Positions 8,701 through 16,870 of a stretch of DNA of 34,328 bases are shown here, one piece after another. Under the pieces are notes generated by a model. The model was not told the DNA's origin. It saw only the letters and a list, made by a program, of their open reading frames with translations, and searched no databases. The position numbers and the translations under genes were made by a program. Origin of the DNA: a virus (lineage: Duplodnaviria > Caudoviricetes); IMG/VR virus record IMGVR_UViG_3300046049_000141, positions 1-34,328 of that record, one strand, 5' to 3'. Numbering within the stretch: the stretch's first letter is position 1; each line of letters opens with the position of its first letter.

Positions 8701-11700
8701 TCAGAAAATGCTTCACCTTCACCCAGAGATTCCGTTTCTAATACGCGGTCTAAACGATTCTTAAACTTGCGTAGTTTTTCTGTAGCGCTATCAATACCCA
8801 AACGAGCATCTATTTGTTCATCGTCCGACACATCGGCACTTAAAGCCTGATTTACTCTATCGCGAAGATTTGTTAGTTTCGGTGCGGCATATTTAGCTGT
8901 AGCCGCTCCCACCATGGGAACACCAGAACCTTGTGAGACAACTTCAGCACCTAATTCACTACCTTTGGCTGCCGCATTACCTATACCAAATCCCATATAG
9001 TCACCAGCAAGCCCTCTGCCCAACTCGTCTTGGGACGAGCTAAACTTCTGTCCTGTTTTCTCAATAATCAGGCGAAGCTTTTCAAGGGAGTTGGCCGTCT
9101 TATAAAGTTCATCCTCTAATAATTCTCCTCGTGCTTCGATTGCCTTGTCTATTCCTTGAAGAGCGGTTCGAGTAGCACTTCCAGCCGTTAATTCAGCTCC
9201 CATTCCTGCAACTATACCATGTTGACCGCCAGCAAACATGCCAGCGGCTCCAGCAGTATTGACAACTGCGTCCTTAGTCGCTTCTCTTCCCTTAGGTGAT
9301 TTGATTGCCGCCAGTAACTTCTCTTGTTTAGTCTCTAAAGAACGGGTATCGACTTCAAAGTTCCTAGCAAGACGGTTTACAAGTGTATCCAAATGTTTAT
9401 CTACGTTCTTACGAACGTCATCTATTAAAATAGAAACGTCATCGCCTAATTGAGCGTCTATGTTCTCATCAGAATTGCTAGATGAACTGGATCTCCTTAA
9501 CTTGTTTATATTCTGATTAACTAACTTTTCTTTTTGCCCGAGTTGACCTTTGACGCCTTGTAATTTTCCACCTAATGAATTTGCAAAGTTCGTATCGAAA
9601 CCAGATGACTTTAATTGAGCTACTATTTTGTCTATGTGGTTAATGGCATGATTTTTGGTTTCTTTGATAACCTCGCCATAGGCGTTAGCAGTTTGCCTAT
9701 TTTTCGCTTCTATTTGTTCTTTGAATTTCTGATAAGCCTCTTTGAATTGATCTGATATTTCATTTACTTTCGCTATCGCTTCTTCACTATTAACCGGTGT
9801 TCTGTCTAGTTGTAGTTTTAAATCAGAAACCGACTTTTTGGTAGATTCCTGGAAATCAACCTTATTAGATGAAGGAGAAGCGTTCTGCTCTCGTGTTTTA
9901 TCTCGTGTTTCAGAGGGTACTAATTCTGGTTCAGGCTCTTCTCTAGAAGGTTTTTCTAGGTTAACTTCAGGACGATTTTCTGCTTGATTGGGATCAACCT
10001 CTTGATTGGGATCAAACTTAGGAGGGCTTTCTGTTTGGTTATTTGCTTGGTTAGCTGCTTTCTGTGCACGCTCTATTTCCTTATAAAGATTACCACTTAT
10101 GTTCTTATAAGATTCTACAAAAGTTTCTACGTCTTTTGCTTGTTTAATTAAGGCTTTCTGAAGTTGATCTAGGGCAGCATCACTTGCATCGCCCGTAGCT
10201 ACCTCTCCGAACTTATCAGATATATTTTGAATGTTTTTTTCGAAATTGTCAATGATTTTCTTATAACGATTTAATTGTTCGCTTAAATCTACCCCTACTT
10301 CGGAAGCATTTTCCTCCAAAAAGCTTATATCTTCTTTTATGGAGCCTAATCGCTCTTGCTGAAACAGTTCATTTAGTTCTGTTCCACCATAACCAGCTAC
10401 CTCGTATATGTCAGAGGTTTTTTGTTTACGTTTTTGTTTTTCCTGATATTCCTGTAGGTTACGTCGCGCATTTCCTTCAGCTTCAGTCTCAACCAACCTT
10501 CTGTTAGGAGAATACTTAGATACAAAAGATGCTAATTCGTTCTGTTCTTGAGCAGAAAACTGCGTAGGTTTTCTTGATAGTTCACCTCGCACTTGATTTT
10601 GAATACCTTCAAGAGAAGAACCAAAGTTATAATCAGAAGCATGTTGGATCTCATGAAATAATGTTTTCATTTGTTCAAGACTGGCATTTCCTGACTCTAT
10701 AGCATCAAATAGTTCCCTAGTAACTCGAAGCGTATTAGAACTAGCATTATAGCCAGCTTTAGCTCCCATATCTTTTAGTTGAGAGTCGGCAACAGTTAAC
10801 TTTGGTATATCCTCTTCAGAAGGGAGTTTACCGTTCACTTGGAGTATAGCTTCTCTGTACTTTTCAAATAGCTCTTCTGGCTGAAGTAGTTTCATTGTTT
10901 CTTCTGCTTTATCTGCCCATTTTTTTGCCTCCTCAAGTTCACTTTCTTTCTTGCCTTGAACTTCAATTAATTTCTGTTCAGCGGCGGTTAATTCTTCTAG
11001 ACCTTTTGTTATTTCATTAATATATTTATTTCTTTCTGCTGTTTCAGGTTGACTTTCTAACCTACTTTTAATATTTTGACCTTGTTCTTGTTTCTCGCGG
11101 TTGTTTTCTATAGCGTTCTGCTTGTTATCTATACTTTCTTGTAGTTCTAGCTTACGTCTAATCGCATCTCTACGTTCTGTTCTAGTTCCTTCTCTAGCTA
11201 GATCTTTCTTCTCTTTTTCTGTCTTTTCTCTTCTAGCTTTAGCTGACTTTGACTCTCTAGCGATTGATTCAGTGCCTAAGCTTTCTTGTAACTGTCTCTG
11301 AAGTTGTTTATTTTTCTTTTCTAATTGGGTTTGGATCTGAGTAGGTATTTTTGATGAGTTTTTTTCAACTCCTTTGATAAAAGCTTGAGTTAATCTTTCT
11401 CCTATTAATTCTAAACTGCCAAACTTATCACCAGAAGATTCTGATAAAGCCTTGACAAACCCGGTTGTTAATTGATCAGCAATGGGAGAAACCGCAGAGG
11501 TACTAATCCCTTGACCAACACCAGAAACAATAGATCCCAACAAACCAGACATAAAGCCGGGTTGAGCATCCTCAAATCCACTTACTATTTCATCAGCAAA
11601 ATCGGAGAGCGCATTTTTTATTTCGCTGGTTTGTTTCTTAGTTTTATTAGCTTGAGATTGCTTGCTCTGAGATTGTCTGGTTTCTCTTTTTGTTCTATCG

Positions 11701-12071
11701 TTTTGAGAATACTTACGAGTTACTTTCTCTTCAATATTGACTTTATAGGTTTTACCACTTAGTTTGTTAACCCGCTTTAATTGATTCTCTAGTCTGTCCA
11801 GTTCCCTTGTATTGGTCTTGACAGTTAAAGGACTATTATTAAACTTGTTTTGAACCTTGTTGAAATGTTTTTCTTTCTTATCTAAATGCTTATTGAGCGC
11901 CGTTAAAGCCGAATCATTAACTTTAGGAGTGAGATTGAGACCAGAATCCCCAATATCAGTCTTTAAGTTCTTTTTTAAATCACTACGGGCCTTATTGACA
12001 GACTCCTTGATTTGCTCGTTGAATTTCGAATCATCCAGCTCTAAACCGATAACTAGGTCTTCTAGTCTCAT
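2787..12071 (-). CDS. Tail tape measure protein with HEXXH zincin-like and tail lysozyme-like domains
   Basis: 3094 aa, coiled-coil rich, tape-measure motif KGAVQSEELRRQLSEAVPGA, typical C-terminal AHRGEEVL, located directly after the tail chaperone pair. Confidence 0.92.
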   Translation of the reverse strand: MRLEDLVIGLELDDSKFNEQIKESVNKARSDLKKNLKTDIGDSGLNLTPKVNDSALTALNKHLDKKEKHFNKVQNKFNNSPLTVKTNTRELDRLENQLKRVNKLSGKTYKVNIEEKVTRKYSQNDRTKRETRQSQSKQSQANKTKKQTSEIKNALSDFADEIVSGFEDAQPGFMSGLLGSIVSGVGQGISTSAVSPIADQLTTGFVKALSESSGDKFGSLELIGERLTQAFIKGVEKNSSKIPTQIQTQLEKKNKQLQRQLQESLGTESIARESKSAKARREKTEKEKKDLAREGTRTERRDAIRRKLELQESIDNKQNAIENNREKQEQGQNIKSRLESQPETAERNKYINEITKGLEELTAAEQKLIEVQGKKESELEEAKKWADKAEETMKLLQPEELFEKYREAILQVNGKLPSEEDIPKLTVADSQLKDMGAKAGYNASSNTLRVTRELFDAIESGNASLEQMKTLFHEIQHASDYNFGSSLEGIQNQVRGELSRKPTQFSAQEQNELASFVSKYSPNRRLVETEAEGNARRNLQEYQEKQKRKQKTSDIYEVAGYGGTELNELFQQERLGSIKEDISFLEENASEVGVDLSEQLNRYKKIIDNFEKNIQNISDKFGEVATGDASDAALDQLQKALIKQAKDVETFVESYKNISGNLYKEIERAQKAANQANNQTESPPKFDPNQEVDPNQAENRPEVNLEKPSREEPEPELVPSETRDKTREQNASPSSNKVDFQESTKKSVSDLKLQLDRTPVNSEEAIAKVNEISDQFKEAYQKFKEQIEAKNRQTANAYGEVIKETKNHAINHIDKIVAQLKSSGFDTNFANSLGGKLQGVKGQLGQKEKLVNQNINKLRRSSSSSNSDENIDAQLGDDVSILIDDVRKNVDKHLDTLVNRLARNFEVDTRSLETKQEKLLAAIKSPKGREATKDAVVNTAGAAGMFAGGQHGIVAGMGAELTAGSATRTALQGIDKAIEARGELLEDELYKTANSLEKLRLIIEKTGQKFSSSQDELGRGLAGDYMGFGIGNAAAKGSELGAEVVSQGSGVPMVGAATAKYAAPKLTNLRDRVNQALSADVSDDEQIDARLGIDSATEKLRKFKNRLDRVLETESLGEGEAFSDEEIKELNELLQKVEKSASEADKSMDKVDENSKRNFDETNEALSRQIDLFENGAEQGNIFDNVMSQLPGVLDDVATSALGLIGAASLGDVLARIGQQSVQAALEIERFKLALSFGNIDEPQQKLENLRETSDKLGTSFLEAKNAFKKLSIVTAGTTAGGNVDEYVQQLQEVFAARQATQQQQQRAVAALEQIFSKGAVQSEELRRQLSEAVPGAYSIAARAFGLSEGGLAKKLESRQIKSQEFVDKFLSQASLESTAILSKTIESGQADINRLRNNLEKLKIAMGETFMGVGMPILKQFNKALGAVADNGKTLQLAMLAVATVIGKKFLPALHRSLATVKAYRVALKSLGVQTLINTKRQHGLLAATRKLGLGLMSLTKTIAPVVAIGAAFQGLFEIMESGNESYRNTAKLIERNVEALRELRKEQAKQQEEQNNNNKQEPGILRKTGNFSKDWTLPGYAIKLREWMTGERSDVPNPLSSITEPLGKMRNRNAIERTTEGARTLLEKTSDPFTDPEALEKARKEYVRLTKEINDMKVKILSADDSEIPELRKEISKLKTERSDYIKETFGGLGQLQSTLERLKEERKEIKSDDSFDKPGEKEARLLEYDQLIAGLEKRITNYKNVVKETNQAYKEQQSLLDNIATSLTTVKFKASSQLKETQNELARQKLSGEITDHEYSMGKLRSQREELRTRQDEVDTQFSNTRSSLQETTEREFNNLSSLEELSGRGSNILELVRDLSPGEIDQILKKYEENQQKLPPRLRSILETAKEHLKLRNKSRDLESQIIQNQQKTKDKIEQRQKKTEKLSLKARDLARSFTDLQREGEQFREDFANKIEDFKRKTSKEIRGFQESYNDLMQSLSKKIKKTSTELEQTQREIERTETAIDLYGSLTAGKDSFAKQLADLFVDIQGRLAKYEDKKEKIELDRLSIEQQTVERSRKIRDLQEQRESMERQHLKQLDDLKQQRSDFIRRQNRQWEDILKNAKDLSKQVHDAGYTMDELGYKLAEEGNELVDVVYNLASRLNTVTGELSTGSTSGSSNDISFNTENLSSSNKEILGMLQVSLNEQQKQNALKIIEVFKEHGFTDPDFLAGALSNAYAESAMATNNVGDNGHAFGAWQANDVGGIAKNATRAQKERMRDNPADATEFLIDKERSNLRTIHNQYSGTARSASKRFTTMVERPLNKQQKAVQRANDYLRGGSAGSGSENFNQETQSKNETTSTSLTKPETIEATRDMGGFSTSAPSLPEMPSYPGVDFSKAENKSEQLTEQQKAKNSAEKTKNEKDRQRENQKIKDDIAKLNQKQQEAVEKSIDRVNKLGQETKSLINNQEGYLNMEQQINKARREATKPMRDQIEALQDQREQIKEQISDGKEGIKDLRNQVSNMEDGEAKANLQEQINNTESHINQLEAKLPGINNQISKLQDIIPAVEKRATEKTHNAIVRNRQNLEDEQTIKGLQARTNVTESPKKEAELNYKANVLEEEKRFRKRQQEIIKQAKEQGHSEDSQYTQNLLQQALQVHENKLTEISKNFKDALREIEANKIQALNRPKIGLLEKKAELAELEGDTPQGSALRREASLLKAETDYKQRMNEIEGMGNVSKKTKERLRELAKATYENTKAQIRQKKKESKEERRNKYRDYSQNVQADLLSAQANASTNPYKSAALEAEGAKIQEQMRFREALSKADEMAKKTGQSVREIREQLHKINEIKLNKIREQANLLGTEIRDGVKSAIDSSLRAFFKAEASLSETLNNFARSILKMFADLSAKFLAQSAASGLFSMFSPQQQGNPNQGSIFSNVLSTFGGGGGFIGDALTGVLTAKDGATVEEDDIPNYDKGGSIWGLGSSVAKAMKKEGTGAVPIVAHRGEEVLSDKNNDAELFRALQRSGKWGELKDRGVNNYELGGTVGKRSNSSNLDRNGSDTINRGKGSVTVNQRFDIKAKDPNSLRKSARQLQTESEARARRSYERYR

Positions 12072-12497
12072 CTAATCTCCTCTTGCTATTAACTCAATTT
12101 CGGACATCCAGTCATCAAGTACAATCCCCACTTCGTCAGGTAGACGAGGGAGTGACTGTAGTACTTCACGAGCTGTTTTTTGACTGATGTAAAGATTTTT
12201 TCCTTGCTCTTCTTGTTTCCACCTTGCAGGATGAGGAAGAAAGCCCGTGATTTCTTTAATAGGTTCATCATTCTTACTCTTATTCGCATTTACATAAAGT
12301 TGCATGTAACGAGCGGTTCCTAGTTGGTCTAGGTTCCGCTCTTGTTGTTTTGCTTTAATTGCCTGTCTAATTAAGAACTGGGGTTGAATCCCAAAAAGGT
12401 AATAACTAAAGCGATCATCTATTCCTTGGGCTTCCCAGAAGATTTGTTTCCAGTCTCTGGTTCGATTGCCTTTTTGTTTTCGGAGTCTAACTGCTTT
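12072..12497 (-). CDS. Tail assembly chaperone, -1 frameshift extension (gpT-like)
   Basis: The frame of the 77-aa ORF stays open upstream to the slippery site (..KAVRLRKQKGNRTRDWKQIFWEAQGIDDRFSYYLFG..RYMQLYVN..) and is -1 relative to the 227-aa ORF. Confidence 0.8.
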   Translation of the reverse strand, partial: KAVRLRKQKGNRTRDWKQIFWEAQGIDDRFSYYLFGIQPQFLIRQAIKAKQQERNLDQLGTARYMQLYVNANKSKNDEPIKEITGFLPHPARWKQEEQGKNLYISQKTAREVLQSLPRLPDEVGIVLDDWMSEIELIARGD

Positions 12498-13102
12498 TTT
12501 CCCAAATCTTCAGATTCAGAATCTTCTTCTTGCTCTTCTTCTGACTCGGGACCAACACCACCATTAGCCTCGCGAGTAATAAAAGCGTTTAACTCGTTAA
12601 TCTGTGAAGGTCGAAGCGCAGCAGACTGCCCCATAGTCCACTCACTGGAATACCTAGAGAGCAAAAAGAAGGAAACTCGTAGCCATTGTGTGGCTCTATC
12701 ACCATCCAGAAGTTTCGCGAGTTCTGCCAGGTTGCTGAACCGATTGGCGTTTTCAATGGAAAAATCAATATACCTATCGTCCTGGGCGATTTCTTCAGAG
12801 GGGTTTGTAATCGCCTCTAATGCCTCTGCATTAGTCTTCATGCTCATCTTTTCCTTCAAGTCACGGGCTAGCAAATTAAGCTCGCTCTGAAGTTCAAGAC
12901 GACGATTCGAGGTTCCAGATTCCAGAAGTTCAAAGAACCATGCTTCACGACTCAGTAACTCATCTGCACGAGGAATTTTAAATCCAGCCACATTGGTAGT
13001 TGGCAATCCAGTAGGGGGAGTGATCTCGAAGTCAATACCAAAGGGAAGCTTATCTTCCAAAGCTTTGCTTTGAATGAAACTTTTAAAACTTGTTCCAGCC
13101 AT
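12419..13102 (-). CDS. Tail assembly chaperone (gpG-like)
   Basis: Lies upstream of the tape measure gene; acidic linker followed by LGKK at the slippery site. Confidence 0.75.
   Translation of the reverse strand: MAGTSFKSFIQSKALEDKLPFGIDFEITPPTGLPTTNVAGFKIPRADELLSREAWFFELLESGTSNRRLELQSELNLLARDLKEKMSMKTNAEALEAITNPSEEIAQDDRYIDFSIENANRFSNLAELAKLLDGDRATQWLRVSFFLLSRYSSEWTMGQSAALRPSQINELNAFITREANGGVGPESEEEQEEDSESEDLGKKQLDSENKKAIEPETGNKSSGKPKE
12494..12503 (-). promoter_or_regulatory. Programmed -1 ribosomal frameshift site
   Basis: ttG GGA AAA AAG: overlapping, correctly phased X XXY YYZ heptamers GGGAAAA and AAAAAAG. Confidence 0.85.
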
Positions 13103-13186
13103 GGAAACTTATACCGAGGTAACGTCAATTCAAATGTGCAAAACAAATTGAATTTGCACTTTTGAAGAGAAGCGTTGTTTAAGCCG

Positions 13187-13474
13187 ATGCAATCTAGACC
13201 TGCAACTGTCTATCTAATCCATCAGTCTGGAACTCAATTCATTAAGATTGGTTACTGCCGGGGGAAGGTTCAGACTCGGATGGATTCGCTTCAAACCGGG
13301 AACCCCTTCGAGCTGAAACTTCTAAGTTGTTTCGAGAGTAACAATCCTCAACTGGAAGAATCGCATTACCATCATCTTTTCAGAATATTTCACTTTCGTG
13401 GAGAGTGGTTTGCAGTACCACCCAGTTATATCGAGGACGTGAGCTGGTTTCTCCCCAACTTGAAATCGGCTTGA
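13187..13474 (+). CDS. GIY-YIG nuclease family (T5orf172/MUG113-like)
   Basis: VYLI...FIKIGY...RMDSLQTGNPFEL...E..YH...RGEWF; ATG 13187 preferred over TTG 13175. Confidence 0.85.
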   Translation: MQSRPATVYLIHQSGTQFIKIGYCRGKVQTRMDSLQTGNPFELKLLSCFESNNPQLEESHYHHLFRIFHFRGEWFAVPPSYIEDVSWFLPNLKSA

Positions 13475-13488
13475 GGAGTTAGCGCGAC

Positions 13489-13531
13489 TGTTTAGGATTG
13501 TTATATAAGTCCCCTATAACAAGATTAAACA
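13489..13531. repeat. 43-bp palindromic repeat, copy 1
   Basis: TGTTTAGGATTGTTATA-TAAGTCCCC-TATAACAAGATTAAACA. Confidence 0.9.
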
Positions 13532-13587
13532 AAATTGCTGTAAAGCATATTTGAGATGACGCTCATTTGTACTACTTATTTAAGATA

Positions 13588-13620
13588 TTCCCTCTCTATG
13601 TTTTTTTCATAGGGAGGGAA
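13588..13620 (+). promoter_or_regulatory. Hairpin in the leader of the NlpC/P60 gene
   Basis: TTCCCTCTCTATG-T7-CATAGGGAGGGAA, a 13-bp stem with one G:U pair; the 3' arm contains GGAGG. Confidence 0.5.
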
Positions 13621-13636
13621 GTCTAACTTTGAATCA

Positions 13637-14062
13637 ATGCCTGTAACTCGTTCAGAATTTATTGAAGAAGCTAGAACATGGATGGGGACTCCTTGGCAAC
13701 ATCATCAGAAATGCAAAGGAGTGGGTGTAGACTGTGTAATGTTCTTGGTCGCATGTGGAGAGGCTTTTGGTATACCATACGGTACCATCGAGAACTATTA
13801 CAAAATTCCTGTGGGTGACAGCCTTCTTAAAGAACTAGATAAAAATTTCAACAAAATCAGTTTTAATGAGGTAAAACCAGGCGACATTCTGGTGTTCAAA
13901 GCAGTAATTAAAGGCAATCCCACCCATGTAGCTTTTTACACCGGCAATAACAGAATGATCCATGCAGATATGCGAAGTAAGAAGGTAACTGAATGCAACC
14001 TAGGTTTCTGGAAAAGATTGCATGTTGCTACATTTCGTGCTCCTTCTCTTGTGGACGATTGA
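13637..14062 (+). CDS. Phage/GTA NlpC/P60 tail-associated peptidase
   Basis: EARTWMGTPW.H....KGVGVDC...PGDILVF...HVAF...MIHA with the Cys/His/His catalytic set. Confidence 0.92.
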   Translation: MPVTRSEFIEEARTWMGTPWQHHQKCKGVGVDCVMFLVACGEAFGIPYGTIENYYKIPVGDSLLKELDKNFNKISFNEVKPGDILVFKAVIKGNPTHVAFYTGNNRMIHADMRSKKVTECNLGFWKRLHVATFRAPSLVDD

Positions 14063-14107
14063 ATCCCAAAGCATATTTGGAATAGATACGGAATACTGAA
14101 CACAGAA

Positions 14108-16339
14108 ATGGCATCAGTCGCAATCAGTGCTGGCGTTGGGTTAGCTACTCGCTTTTTGTTGAGCGCTCTTACCCCTGAAAAAGAGCGCCCAGAAGTAAAT
14201 ACTGACGCACCCAAATCTAGCTATGGTAATCCCATCTCTAAACCCTATGGTAAAACTCGCTTCAAAGGCGCGACTCTTATTTGGAGTCCCGAGCTTTCAG
14301 TAGAAGAAGAAAGTAGCGGTGGTGGTAAAGGAGGCGGTGGAGGAGGTAGTGAAGAGCGTATTGTACGCGGGACTTGGGCGAGTTTGGTATGTGAGGGAGA
14401 GATTGAATCAATTGAACAAATCTTCTTTAGTGGTGAAGTGGTTTATAACCCTAATAGTGATGATGCGGACACCAGGGAAGAGAGCCAAGATTTTGCCGAT
14501 AATCACTTAGAGATTTTTTTAGGTACAAATACTCAATCGCCTTCCTCCACAATCCAGAGTGTTGAAGGAGTTGACAGGACTCCTGCTTTCAGAAATTATT
14601 CTTACTTGGTATTTAGAGATGTTGAATTAGGCGATTATGGAAATCGCATTCCTCGCATCGACGTAATAGTAAAGGAGCGGACTACCCAACTAGCAGATGT
14701 TATTAAGGATGTCTGTCAGAGGGCTAATATACCATTATCTCAAGTTGATACATCTGAAATCAATCAGACAATACAAGGAGCGCAATACGACCAAACCAGT
14801 AGCCCGCGAGACTTCTTAGAGGAACTTCAGAAAGCATATTCCCTCCTTTCCGCAGAAATAGATGGTGTAATCAAGTTCTTCCCTCAGAAACGCTCTAACA
14901 CGCTTAAGACAATACCCCAACCCGAATTAGCCTCTACTGAGGCAGATGGCGAAATAAAGTCAAGATTCACGGAAAAGCGTACTAATGAACTAGAGTTGCC
15001 GTCTGAAGTGCAAGTCGAGTATAAAAACGTAGATGATAACCTCCAACCAGGATTTAGTTACACCCCTAAACCGTCGGCTACTCATGTTAATGAGGTCAAC
15101 TTCAAGAACAATCTCACCTTGAGTGACTCAGAGGCCAAGACAATTGCCTCGAGGATTCTCTCACAAGCGTACCTACATAGACGTGAATTTGAAGATATTG
15201 GCTTACTTGTCAAGCATATCGATATTCAGCCAGGAGATGTCATTGAAATACCTGTGAGAGGCATAAATCAACCCATACAGGTTGAAAGCTTAGACATAGG
15301 AGCCAACTATTTACTTCAGCTCAAAGGTATAACTTACTCTGGTGCTACACTCGACATTCAAGAGACAGTTGAGACTGAGTACAACCCTAGACTAGAGATT
15401 AAGAGTCCTGGTGAAGCAAAAGCGCTCATCCTAGATATTCCCCTAATTCGAGACAATGATGAAGATTTGGGTGTTTATACAGCAGTTGATGCACCCAAGC
15501 CTGAGTGGAATCAGGGGAGACTATTCATCTCAGACAATGACGGTGCTAGCTTCACCAAAGCTAATACACTTAGTCAGCAAAGCGTAGTAGGAACTGTAGC
15601 AGAGGCTCTACCAGAGCGATCGCCTCATCTCATTGATGAGGTATCCAAACTTACTCTAACAGTTGAATCTGGAAAATCTGCTGAAATATCTTCTGTCCCC
15701 GAATCAGACTTCCTTAAAGGACGTTTTTGTGCCTTAGTCGGAAATGAACTTGTTGCCATTCAGAACGCTAATTTGATCGCTGATAACACTTATGAGTTGA
15801 GCCGATTTATTCGGGGCTACAGAGGCACTGAGTACGCAATTAGCACACATTCGACGGATGAGCGATTTGTGTTGTTACGTGGAGGCTACTCTGAACGTGT
15901 CCCTGGCAGTTTGGAATATATTGATGACAGGCTAACCTTTAAAGCTGTCCATAAAGGTCAAACTGTTACGGGAGTAGGAACCAGCACAAACCAAATTATC
16001 GAAGGCAACAGCTCGAAACCCTATTCACCCGCTCATGTTGAAGGTGAACGAGATAATAACGGTAATCTAACCATTTCCTGGATTAGGCGGGTTCGCAAAA
16101 AAGGAGCATGGCGCGATCGCGTTGACGTTCCTTCTATAGAAGCTAATGAGCTTTATCAGGTAGATATTCTCGACAATGGGACGGTTGTAAGAACATTAAC
16201 CACAAGCTCACCTACGGTGCAATACAGCGCTTCTCAGCAAACAGAAGATTTTGGGAGTGTGCAGAATTCAGTAAACTTACAGATATTTCAATTATCTGAA
16301 AGCGTAGGAAGAGGTTTTGGGGTTGAAAAAACGCTGTAA
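14108..16339 (+). CDS. GTA-like tail tip / host-specificity protein
   Basis: SSYGNPISKPYG, GGGKGGGG, PAFRNYSYLVF..ELGDYGNRIP, RFIRGYRGTE, SWIRRVR, terminal QLSESVGRG. Confidence 0.88.
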   Translation: MASVAISAGVGLATRFLLSALTPEKERPEVNTDAPKSSYGNPISKPYGKTRFKGATLIWSPELSVEEESSGGGKGGGGGGSEERIVRGTWASLVCEGEIESIEQIFFSGEVVYNPNSDDADTREESQDFADNHLEIFLGTNTQSPSSTIQSVEGVDRTPAFRNYSYLVFRDVELGDYGNRIPRIDVIVKERTTQLADVIKDVCQRANIPLSQVDTSEINQTIQGAQYDQTSSPRDFLEELQKAYSLLSAEIDGVIKFFPQKRSNTLKTIPQPELASTEADGEIKSRFTEKRTNELELPSEVQVEYKNVDDNLQPGFSYTPKPSATHVNEVNFKNNLTLSDSEAKTIASRILSQAYLHRREFEDIGLLVKHIDIQPGDVIEIPVRGINQPIQVESLDIGANYLLQLKGITYSGATLDIQETVETEYNPRLEIKSPGEAKALILDIPLIRDNDEDLGVYTAVDAPKPEWNQGRLFISDNDGASFTKANTLSQQSVVGTVAEALPERSPHLIDEVSKLTLTVESGKSAEISSVPESDFLKGRFCALVGNELVAIQNANLIADNTYELSRFIRGYRGTEYAISTHSTDERFVLLRGGYSERVPGSLEYIDDRLTFKAVHKGQTVTGVGTSTNQIIEGNSSKPYSPAHVEGERDNNGNLTISWIRRVRKKGAWRDRVDVPSIEANELYQVDILDNGTVVRTLTTSSPTVQYSASQQTEDFGSVQNSVNLQIFQLSESVGRGFGVEKTL

Positions 16340-16344
16340 GTCGT

Positions 16345-16557
16345 TTACAACCAAGGACTTTGTTGATAGGAATAGACTACCCATGCTTCTTTCTCAAACC
16401 CTTCTGGGAGCGGTTGAGCGTCGGGGTCATCAAGAGCGTTTTGCTCAACTTCCTCTTCGGTCATATTCTTTACTCGCTCCCAATCGGTTAAATCTTCCAT
16501 TTGCTGTAGCTTTTCCCAAGTCACCTCAGTAATATTTTCTTTTTTCTCGCTCACCAT
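16345..16557 (-). CDS. Truncated BrnA-antitoxin-like acidic protein 2
   Basis: TDWERVKNMTEEEVEQNALDDPDAQPL; ATG 16557 chosen by alignment with its paralog; no C-terminal RHH domain. Confidence 0.65.
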   Translation of the reverse strand: MVSEKKENITEVTWEKLQQMEDLTDWERVKNMTEEEVEQNALDDPDAQPLPEGFEKEAWVVYSYQQSPWL

Positions 16558-16744
16558 TTTGGTAAGTAACAATCTCAGCCTCTTCAAAGAAATCATTGTC
16601 AAGAATTGGGGGAGCGTCGGGGTCATCAGCTACTGCTTGCTCAATCTCCTCATCGGTAAGGTTACGAATTCTTTCCCAATCTGTCTGACCTTTTAACTTG
16701 TCGATGTCTTCCCAGTCAACCGTCGTAATATTTTCTTCTTTCAC
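16526..16744 (-). CDS. Truncated BrnA-antitoxin-like acidic protein 1
   Basis: TDWERIRNLTDEEIEQAVADDPDAPPILDNDFFEEA; GTG 16744 after AGGAG; no C-terminal RHH domain. Confidence 0.65.
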   Translation of the reverse strand: MKEENITTVDWEDIDKLKGQTDWERIRNLTDEEIEQAVADDPDAPPILDNDFFEEAEIVTYQNGEREKRKYY

Positions 16745-16870
16745 GGCTATTAGCTCTCCTAGCAATGAAATACTCCCTATATTTTACCAGGTAAACCCCT
16801 ACCAAATGTGCCATGAACCTCTCAGGTCAGGCCAAAAAAGCATATTTGAAACAGTTACCTGAGTTACGTT

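Noticed and set aside
9984-10015. Short duplication encoding DPNQEVDPNQ in the tape measure gene
   Set aside because: Ordinary low-complexity linker repeat.
3418-12890. Many short + strand ORFs opposite the tape measure and chaperone genes
   Set aside because: Ser/Leu/Phe-rich antisense shadows of Lys/Glu/Gln-rich coding sequence.
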